IMG/VR virus record: IMGVR_UViG_3300002460_000024
Coordinates: 1-64,000 of that record
Origin: a virus
Length of the DNA: 64,000 nucleotides
Strand: one strand, 5' to 3'
Shown: piece by piece, positions 10,912-18,791 of the stretch
Position numbering within the stretch: position 1 is the stretch's first letter
How the letters are laid out: every line of letters begins with the position of its first letter
Program-made: the position numbers and the translations under genes
The notes under the pieces: model-generated
What the model was told of the DNA's origin: nothing
Databases searched by the model: none
Seen by the model: only the letters and a program-made list of their open reading frames with translations

Positions 10912-11224
10912 CCTCTTAATTTTTTAAAAATAGGTGAGGGCCAAAAACTATGGGCGGCCTTTAGCGCCAAAGCCTGTGTTGCCCATAGCCTTAAATCACG
11001 AAAAAATTGAGTATGAAACTAAATAGGAAAGTAACATTAGAGCCAAAGACCATTAACCTAAGAGTTGAAGATAGAATGCTTAGTATTAATTATCGAATAC
11101 GGGATGACATTACAGGAATTGGATTTGGTGATACTTGGGTTAATTTTACTCCTAGCGATAAGTTGATTGAAATATTAAAAACAGAAGTAAACGAAGCAAT
11201 TAAAAACTATAAAAAATAAACACA

Positions 11225-11578
11225 ATGGGAAATTTAATTAAACACGCAAAGTTTGAACTTGAACTAGCTGATATGTTCAATGAAAAAGGAGATTTTTACG
11301 GAGGCATGACCGCTGGTGCAGTTATGGAATTGATTAAGGTTTTTGAGAAACAAGGACATTCTGGTGGTTCGGCTCCAGGAGTAATTGCTTTGTTTTCAAA
11401 ACTAGCAAACTATGAAATAATATTTAATAGGATGAAATCAGAAATTGAAAAACAATTTGGAGTTAAAATAACAGAAGCTCCATTTACATATTTAAGTAAT
11501 GTAAAAGAAAACGAACTTATTTTATCATGCCAAAAAGATTACAATAATATGATAATGGCTGTATTGACCCCAAATTAA
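11225..11578 (+). CDS. Cassette cargo, phage hypothetical protein (QGHSGGSA motif)
   Basis: HAKFELE...ELIKVFEKQGHSGGSA; flanked by ORFs 11007-11219 and 11585-11794. Confidence 0.6.
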   Translation: MGNLIKHAKFELELADMFNEKGDFYGGMTAGAVMELIKVFEKQGHSGGSAPGVIALFSKLANYEIIFNRMKSEIEKQFGVKITEAPFTYLSNVKENELILSCQKDYNNMIMAVLTPN

Positions 11579-11882
11579 ATTTATATGAGCTTGATAGAAT
11601 CAACTATTTTTCACGGAACTAAATACTCATTTGATAAGAGTAAATTAATCTTCGTTGGCTTTTCAGAAAACGGTCTTAACCTTGTTTTTGAAACAGCAGA
11701 AGTTGAAATTACTATTACCGATATGAAAGACAGAGAGAGGCAGTACAAGGATATTATTAATGTATGGAAAAGCTACAAAGGTGATTTATTTTAATTTTTA
11801 AAAAGCGTGCAGGCCAAATTAAAAAAAGTACTAAAGAAACGAGAGGGTGAGTTTAGCTCCTACCGAAATTGCTGGTTATTCG

Positions 11883-11976
11883 GGCTAACCTCCGAGGCTT
11901 TGCGTCAGTTTTAAAAATACCAATGAAAAAAAACAGAAAAGACATTTTTAAAATTGCGTTAAAGCCGATGTTATGC
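11883..11976. repeat. attC-like hairpin 2
   Basis: ggctaac...ggctttgcgtcagttttaaaaat / atttttaaaattgcgttaaagcc...gttatgc. Confidence 0.8.
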
Positions 11977-12023
11977 TTAGTATTTTTTATCATTTTTTGT
12001 GCGAGGGCTTTACCTAACTAACT

Positions 12024-12461
12024 ATGAAAGACAGAAACTTACCACATTCGGACAATTGGGCGACACCGCCTTATGTTTACGATAAACTTAATGAGGAATA
12101 CAATTTCAATTTCGACCCATGCCCTTTGAAGCATGATATCACGAAATGGGACGGATTGGAAATTGAATGGAAGGAACGGAATTTTATTAACCCGCCTTAT
12201 TCAAAGGATCTAAAACCAAAATTCATTTTAAAGGCGGTTGATGAAATGAAGAAAGGAAAACTTTGCGTGTTATTACTGCCCGTTTCGACAAGCACAAAAC
12301 TATTCCATGATATCATCTTGGCGAACGCAACAGAGCCAGTAAAGTTTTTCAAGGGCAGAATTAAGTTTATTGGACATAATACGAAGGGAGAATTGGTAAG
12401 TAACAAAAGCCCGATGCACGATAGTATGTTAGTTGTATTCGATGGGCGGGAAAAAAAATGA
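12024..12461 (+). CDS. Phage DNA N6-adenine methyltransferase (Dam-type), cassette cargo
   Basis: WATP, FDPCP, NPPY, LLLPVSTST..FH, GRIKF. Confidence 0.88.
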   Translation: MKDRNLPHSDNWATPPYVYDKLNEEYNFNFDPCPLKHDITKWDGLEIEWKERNFINPPYSKDLKPKFILKAVDEMKKGKLCVLLLPVSTSTKLFHDIILANATEPVKFFKGRIKFIGHNTKGELVSNKSPMHDSMLVVFDGREKK

Positions 12462-12474
12462 TAAAAAATATTGA

Positions 12475-12641
12475 GCATAACTCCGAGGCTTTGCGCTGAA
12501 TTTCCTCCCTGCGGGAGATTCCGCTTACCAAGGGATGTGCGAAGGACGGAAGATTGAAAGCAGGGAGGAAATTCATTTTTTAAAAATAGGTGAGGGCCAA
12601 AAACTATGGGCGGGCCTTTAGCGCCAAAGCCTGTGTTGCCC
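12475..12641. repeat. attC-like hairpin 3 (long frame C)
   Basis: gcataac...aggctttgcgct / agcgccaaagcct...gttgccc; inner stem tgaatttcctccctgc/gcagggaggaaattca. Confidence 0.8.
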
Positions 12642-12683
12642 ATAGCCTTAAATGCTAGATAAATAAATTTAAATAACGATAAT

Positions 12684-13537
12684 ATGCAGTATAGTCCAAA
12701 ATTGAAAAAAGCAGCAGAAGAAATAAAAGCAATACTTACGAAGTATGATATTGCTGGTGTTGTATTATTACATACTCCGGGGCATAGTGAATACTTATTA
12801 CGATTAGACCCGTCTTATTCATGTGCTAATATGAATGAGAAAACAGGCGAAGTAAGATTAAAAGCTACCGAGGCATTGCATGGTAAAAAGAAACGTGACC
12901 AAATGTTAGAAGATACTACAAATATGATTGTTTGTTTATCGGACGTAACCGCTATGCAGGCCATGAATCTTATTGAACTTCGTAAATTACTTGAAACTAA
13001 ATTTGAAATAATAACACAGGATAACGGGCATACCACCCATGATACACAAAACAATTAAAACAAAAATTATGAATGAAAAACAAATGCTACAGTCCGCAGT
13101 AAATGAACTTCGTGGATTAAGAAAACAAAACGAAATTATGAAAGCTCGTTTAGATATGTTCGATACTATGACAGCAATATTGCACACAGATATTGCAAGG
13201 CAAAACGGAGATGCAATGCACCCTGATATTGTTTATGAAATTGATAAATATTTAACTAACTTAGAAAAAGAAGCCACCAATGAAACCAATTAAATTTCCA
13301 GAGGTTAATAAAACCTACGCAGAAAATCAACCTGAATATTTGCCGTTGCCAGTATTTAAAGCAGATACCCCACAAGGCGAATGTGTTTCTTGCTGGAAAC
13401 TTTCTTTTCGTGAAAGGATTAGAATATTATTTACAGGCAAGTTGTGGGTAAGTCTGCTTACATTTAATAAGCCACTTACTCCTTCTTATTTTACAACGAA
13501 GAAATCGGAAGTATTAACCTTTTCAAAAAATGAGTAG
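12684..13537 (+). CDS. Three-gene cassette cargo (124, 84 and 85 aa hypothetical phage proteins)
   Basis: Overlapping ORFs 12684-13058, 13039-13293, 13280-13537. Confidence 0.65.
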
Positions 13538-13657
13538 CATTTTTAAGGGGATTTTTAAAAAAAGCATAGCCTCGGAGGTTGCCCACAAAGGCGTATGGCC
13601 AAGCACAGTAAAGCAAACGTTTTTCAGTTTGCGATGTGGTTGCCGTTTTAAGGTTGT

Positions 13658-13809
13658 GGGCAACGGTTTCGTGTTGCCGAAGTTGATGGCGAGAAGAAGG
13701 AATAAAGGGGCCTTTAGCGCCAAAGGCAATGCGGGTTTATTCGTTCTTTAAAAGCCAGAAACAAGGTCAAACTTTCATCCCATCAATTTTGAGCAACACA
13801 TTGATAGGC
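13658..13809. repeat. attC-like hairpin 4 (long frame A), GAT core
   Basis: gggcaac...gtgttgccgaagttgatgg / ccatcaattttgagcaacac...gataggc. Confidence 0.82.
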
Positions 13810-13950
13810 TAAGTTTACCGGGGGAGTTGCAGATACCTTTAGAAAGTTTGTCACGAAACCGATAGGCTAAATTTAGGATGAGAGGTTTGAAAATTAATTG
13901 GCGAAATTTTGTAAAAATTTAAAAAGTAAACTAATAAATAAACGAAAAGT

Positions 13951-14250
13951 ATGGGATTATTCAGTAAAACACCTAAAGTAGAATTGCTACCGTTAGGCCA
14001 TAAAGTAGAATTAGGTACTCGATTTTGGAAAGTTTTTGAAAGCAAAGTTTATGAATGTCATGTTGCAAGACTTTCAATAAGCCGTTCTGATGAATTATTT
14101 TTATCGCAGAACCCAAGTAGTAATTATGATGAAACAAAGTATTTAATTCATACTATTTGCGACAAGCATGTTGGTTGGTTTCACGAAGAGGAAGTGGTTA
14201 AGATGATAAAGTTTAAAACAAAAAAAGAACTTTATGAAAGTGATAACTAA
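13951..14250 (+). CDS. Cassette cargo, hypothetical protein
   Basis: 99-aa ORF inside frame A. Confidence 0.65.
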   Translation: MGLFSKTPKVELLPLGHKVELGTRFWKVFESKVYECHVARLSISRSDELFLSQNPSSNYDETKYLIHTICDKHVGWFHEEEVVKMIKFKTKKELYESDN

Positions 14251-14336
14251 ACCTTTTAGCAGCTATGCTGCCCCGCCAATTCTTTTTTTAAACAGAGCAG
14301 CCGTGTGCGGTTTTGGGTTGTGGAGAGGTAAATTTA

Positions 14337-14415
14337 GCCTATCGTTGACGGGTATGCGTTCGGTTTTGCTCCAAAAAATAACACGGCAAAACTGACGACA
14401 TACCCGATGTTACAG
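14337..14415. repeat. attC-like hairpin 5
   Basis: gcctatc...cgggtatgcgttcggttttgc / gcaaaactgacgacatacccg...gttacag. Confidence 0.82.
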
Positions 14416-14469
14416 GCAGTTAAAAATGGCTAAACGAAAATTAATATAAACAACTAAAACAAAACAACT

Positions 14470-14754
14470 ATGTGTACAGTATCAATGATTGGAGACCACT
14501 TCAATGACAAATGGAAACAACCATTTTATCAGCAAACTTTTACCAACATTCCCGAAATTACGAAGGCGGAATTTGATGCACTCAAAAAGGAAGTTGAAGA
14601 AATGAAAGCATTGCTAAAGAGAGCAAAGTTATATGACGAAAAGAATGGAGAACCGAATTGCGAAATGGATGAGAAGATGACAATGCTTAGAAAATTTGCC
14701 GAAGCAGTTGGTATAAGTTTGGACGACATCATTAAGAAACCAGATGCCAAATAG
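14470..14754 (+). CDS. Cassette cargo, phage hypothetical protein (MCTVSMIGD start)
   Basis: 94 aa; the stop codon lies in the terminal inverted arm of the cassette. Confidence 0.75.
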   Translation: MCTVSMIGDHFNDKWKQPFYQQTFTNIPEITKAEFDALKKEVEEMKALLKRAKLYDEKNGEPNCEMDEKMTMLRKFAEAVGISLDDIIKKPDAK

Positions 14755-14768
14755 CCATTTTTTATTGC

Positions 14769-14898
14769 CTGTAACCGGACAAGCCTTTATTTAGTGCGGG
14801 CTTAAAAGCACTAAGCAACAATTAAAGATAAAAGATTATGGAAAGCACAAAAGTTGATAATAGCACAGAACCCGCATTGAATAAAGGCATTGTTAGCA
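14769..14898. repeat. attC-like hairpin 6
   Basis: ctgtaac...gcctttatttagtgcggg / cccgcattgaataaaggc...gttagca. Confidence 0.85.
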
Positions 14899-15074
14899 GC
14901 AGTACGGCATTAGAACCGAAAGTTGTTAATCACGGGAATGTGTTTGGAACAAAGAACTGGTACACATTTTATTGCCCACATTGTGGAAGCCAAATAACAA
15001 ACAGAAGTGCAAATTGCGAAGGAAGTTATCCAATTAAAGGATGTAATGGGGCAATAAAATGGAACGAGAAGTAG
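14838..15074 (+). CDS. Cassette cargo, small Zn-ribbon protein starting inside the hairpin loop
   Basis: CPHC...C...C; ATG at 14838 lies between the arms of hairpin 6. Confidence 0.7.
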   Translation: MESTKVDNSTEPALNKGIVSSSTALEPKVVNHGNVFGTKNWYTFYCPHCGSQITNRSANCEGSYPIKGCNGAIKWNEK

Positions 15075-15080
15075 TATTGC

Positions 15081-15915
15081 TGCTAACGGCTGCGGAATAA
15101 CAGCAGTTTCTTTAGTACGTTTTAATTTTAAGGTGGGATTTTAAAAATAAATTATATGAATGGAAAAAGTTTAAAAGTTCAGAAAGCTGAAAAGTTTGTA
15201 GATGATTTTATTAAATCAGAAGGGCATACGCCCACCTACAATGATGTAAAAGAATACATGGGCTTTAAGAGCAATGCTCAAGCCTATGGTATTTGTGCAA
15301 AATTCAGAGATAAAATGAAGGCAATTACTAAAAACGAAAAGAGAATACATATTGAGATTGATGATGAAAACCAAATTATGGTTAGCCGAAAAGGATTTAA
15401 CAACTACGAGGCACTTGGAGTTTTAGAGGCTACCGTTTTGATGGTTAAAAATGAAATATTAATAAGTATAAACAAGGGTAAATAATTATGAATCAGTTAG
15501 ACATAATAAAAGAAGAACTCGAAGATTGCTATGATTTATGGAGTAGATTTAGTTGTGACTGCCTTCATTATTATATGCTATATCTTGAAAAAAGGAAACG
15601 TCAATTAGAAATCATAAACAATTAAATGTATGTACTACCATAACACTACTAAAAACCTATTAAACGAATCAGAGTTTGAAGATTTCTACTGGAACTACGA
15701 GGAAGGGGATTCAATCTTTAAAACGGAACGTGGAAATGCAATACTTATACCAATGACCTACGAGGAGGTAATTGAAAAGGCAAAGCATGATAATATAGTC
15801 GAAGAATAGTTCTTTTAATTTTTAAAAAGCGGGATGGCCAAATTAAAAAAAGTACTAAAGAAACGAGAGGGTGAGTTTAGCTACTACCGAAATTGCTGGT
15901 TATTCAGTGTTAGCC
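15081..15915. repeat. attC-like hairpin 7 (long frame B) with a gene-containing loop
   Basis: tgctaac...gaataacagcagtttc (15095-15110) / gaaattgctggttattc (15889-15905)...gttagcc. Confidence 0.75.
15156..15485 (+). CDS. LexA-N-like winged-helix DNA-binding protein (cassette cargo)
   Basis: FIKSEGHTPTYNDVKEYMGFKS; followed by small ORFs 15488-15625 and 15630-15809. Confidence 0.6.
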   Translation: MNGKSLKVQKAEKFVDDFIKSEGHTPTYNDVKEYMGFKSNAQAYGICAKFRDKMKAITKNEKRIHIEIDDENQIMVSRKGFNNYEALGVLEATVLMVKNEILISINKGK

Positions 15916-16060
15916 TGAGTGCCATGCTAATAGGTGAACGCAAAGCTAAACGAACAAGGAGTTGGCTTATTCCGCAGCCGTTAGCCCGAATCGGGTTGGC
16001 GCAACAAAGTAAAGTCCTCCATTTTAGAGGACGATTTGTTGCCTGTTGTGGTGGCATTCG

Positions 16061-16211
16061 GGCTAACGGTTTCGTGTTGCCGAAGTTGATGGCGAGAAGA
16101 AGGAATAAAGGGGGCTGTGCGGCCAAAGGCTTGCGGGTTTATTCGTTCTTTAAAAGCCAGAAACAAGGTCAAACTTTCATCCCATCAATTTTGTGCAACA
16201 CATTGATAGGC
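16061..16211. repeat. attC-like hairpin 8 (second copy of frame A)
   Basis: Near-identical to 13664-13809 starting exactly at AAC. Confidence 0.85.
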
Positions 16212-16335
16212 GAAGTTTACCGGGGCCGTTGCAGATACCTAAAGAAAGTTTGTCACGAAACCGATAGGCTAAATTTAGGATGCGAGGTTTAAAAATTAAT
16301 TGGCGAAATTTTGAAAAAATTTAAAATTTAAATAT

Positions 16336-16871
16336 ATGAGTACAGAAAACATAGAACAATGCCCAGAGTTTCCATACTTCGGAGCCTCTTATCCTGATGC
16401 AAGATGTGTAAGTGGATATTTACACGATATGGATAGCTGTGATGAACATGGTAATTTATATGTAATGAGTGAAAGTCACCCATGCCCATTTTGTAATACA
16501 AAAGAATTTTTAAAAAACCAACGGGACAATGAGGCTGATATGACCAAAGTGAAAAAATGGATGGAAAATATTAAAAACGAATATAGCTATAAATAATTAT
16601 GAAAGACTTATTAAAGCTCCTATGGGAAAAGAAATGGGAAGCCGATGAAGAATATACTAAAAATGCAAATAGATATTCAGAAGGCAAAAGTGATGCTTTT
16701 TTATTTTGCATAAATGAAATTCAACATCCAAAATGTAAAGCGGATATTAAAGTTTTGGTGAATGGAAGGGTGGGTTATACTACCTCTGTTGTGGCTCATT
16801 CGGGGGGTATATACCCAGTATGGTTTGATGGTGGCGTGGAGTTTGTAAATGCTAAAGACGTAACCTTTTAA
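16336..16871 (+). CDS. Two-gene cassette cargo (86-aa Cys-rich and 90-aa hypothetical proteins)
   Basis: ORFs 16336-16596 and 16599-16871. Confidence 0.65.
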
Positions 16872-16948
16872 CAGCTATGCTGTACCGCCAATTCTTTTTT
16901 TTAACAGAGCAGCCGTGTGTGACTTTGGGTTGTGGGGAGGTAAATTTA

Positions 16949-17040
16949 GCCTATCATATATCTGTATTTATCACAATGCAACATATTTAAAAACAGTACG
17001 TTAAATACGGTATATTTCAAACAATGAAAAAACGATTGTA
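16949..17040. other. attI-like junction
   Basis: The last core site, gcctat^c, is followed by AT-rich DNA with no hairpin and then the recombinase ATG. Confidence 0.55.
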
Positions 17041-17436
17041 ATGAATATAGATAGATGGTCAGAGCAATTCGAGAAGGATATGCAAGTAATTCGTAATAGC
17101 CAAAGCACCCGTGATAATTATGGGTGCCAGGTTAAAATGTTTTTGGCATACTTTGAAAAACTCAACTACACTTCTCCTGAAAGAATTAATGCGGAAAAGA
17201 TAAAAGATTATTTGCTTACAAAAATTAGCAATAACAATCAGCGTCACGCCCATTCTGCTATAAAACATTTCTATAAAATTACAGTTCACCAGGAGCTTAA
17301 GTTTAGATTTATTCAATATGCGGAAAAAGAGAAGAGGCATCCCATAATTTTAAGCAGGGAGGAAACTAAAAGATGGTTTGAGGCGTGTACTAATGTAAAG
17401 CATAAGTGCATGGCATTGAAACCCAATTTACACTAA
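17041..17436 (+). pseudogene. Truncated tyrosine recombinase (integron-integrase/Xer-like N-terminal SAM domain)
   Basis: RNSQSTRDNY, IKDYL, SAIKHFYK, KRHPIILSREE, NVKHK; cut at 17412 by the 64-bp repeat before the catalytic R-H-R-Y residues. Confidence 0.85.
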
Positions 17437-17475
17437 ACAAAAAGCAAATAATTTAGATTATGAATACAGATGTAA
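17412..17475 (+). repeat. Third copy of the 64-bp GGCATTG repeat
   Basis: Matches 7567-7630; supplies the MNTDV start of ORF 17460-17708. Confidence 0.9.
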
Positions 17476-18084
17476 AAAAAGAGGTTAAAACAATAGAAGT
17501 GATTATACCACCAGACACAGACGAGGCAGTTCATATAATAAGATTAATTTTCCCCAATGGGTATAATGTTGCAATGACCCCAAATGCTTTAAAGGAGGTT
17601 ATAAATGAGCATTCCGAGAAATATGGGGTTATAATTGATGATGATATGAATAGAGAGAAATTTGATATGATTTTAAAAGAAAGACGCCTCTCCGCTTCTA
17701 AGGATTAGTCCTGTCTATTTCTTATTATTTCAATTCCATCGTATAGCTCTTGAAAGAATAATTCGGGGAGGATATGCACATACTTAAATATAATTTTTAC
17801 GTCATCTCCCTTCTCCTCTATCAAATCCGCATATTACATATTCAGCCGTGCCAATATCTATTTTATCCTCCTCAGAAATAAATAGAATATCCTCGTAAGG
17901 ATATGAGTATATGAATTCATGGAGAAGAGTTTTTGTAATCGTGTTGTAGTCGGGCCTCTCTTCAATAATTTTTAGATTATTAAAACGAATATTATGACTT
18001 TTACTTACAGAATCGAACGAATACTCGACAATGCTATCTGGGAATAAATTGCATATATTCTTTAAATAATTGTATATCAGTAAT

Positions 18085-18695
18085 TTACTCGTCATCATGG
18101 TCATCGTAGGCGTCAAACTTTTTACGAGCCCGTAACTTGTCCTGGATAGTTACCACTCCGGCAGTAATTCCAACAACCAGAGAGACAAAAGAAAGTAAAT
18201 GAAGCCCCACAACCACCCAGGAGTCAAAATTACCAAGCCATCCGAATAATTGTGTCACCCCATAAATCCCTGCTGATATTACCCAAACAAGCAATCCATT
18301 TCCTCCTGGGGGAGTATGATTAACATGATCTATTACATTCATTTTCTTTCGTAGATTTTACCCTGTGGACTTTTTACTTTTGTGGGCTGCATCCACCCTA
18401 AGGCATCTTTAAGCAACGCAGTTATAGCGTCAGGGCATAACCCTATTACAACAGAATATATTGAAAACCATTCATATTTTATCAACTTGGTAGTCAGTTC
18501 TGGCCTTATATTAAACAAGATGCATAGAGCAACAGCCAGTGGAACAGAATGCAAAAGCCTAATCCAATTGTCCTTTAAATAGAACCAAAGGCTTCCTTTT
18601 ACTGGTGAAGCATGACTTTCTCGTTTTCGGGTCTTATAGTAGCCCCAATTAGCTATGAAAATTCCTAAGAATAGATAAATGAAACTGTAAAGCAT
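18085..18695 (-). CDS. Two membrane proteins, holin candidates (18085-18342, 18339-18695)
   Basis: Two to three hydrophobic helices each, basic C-termini, next to a lipoprotein. Confidence 0.5.
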
Positions 18696-18791
18696 AATTT
18701 CTAAGTTTAGATCAAATTTAATAAAAAAAAATCAAATTACTCTTAAGACGCTCTGCTCCTACTGCGCTAGTTATATTATAGGTATAAATGC

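Larger units (their letters stand above)
9995..16954. mobile_element. Integron-like cassette array of eight units: 10031-11888, 11889-12480, 12481-13663, 13664-14342, 14343-14774, 14775-15086, 15087-16066, 16067-16954
   Basis: Repeated ..AA^C-hairpin-GTT/GAT.. sites; the GTT/GAT arm of each unit is complementary to that unit's own end; array abuts a tyrosine recombinase gene. Confidence 0.85.

Noticed and set aside
14290-14343. Group II intron domain V/VI (gcagccgtgtgcg...cctatc)
   Set aside because: The complementary 3' strand of domain V is absent and no reverse transcriptase is in the window; the resemblance is too short to call.
15834-16292. ORFs 15834-16292 and 13530-13751 sharing GFVLPKLMARRRNKG
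   Set aside because: They read through the repeated non-coding frame and across unit boundaries; the similarity is at DNA level.
9995-16954. CRISPR array
   Set aside because: Repeats are long, diverse hairpins separated by whole genes; there is no constant repeat-spacer period and no cas gene.
13664-16954. Diversity-generating retroelement template/variable repeat pair
   Set aside because: The repeats are non-coding, differences are not adenine-specific, and no reverse transcriptase is present.
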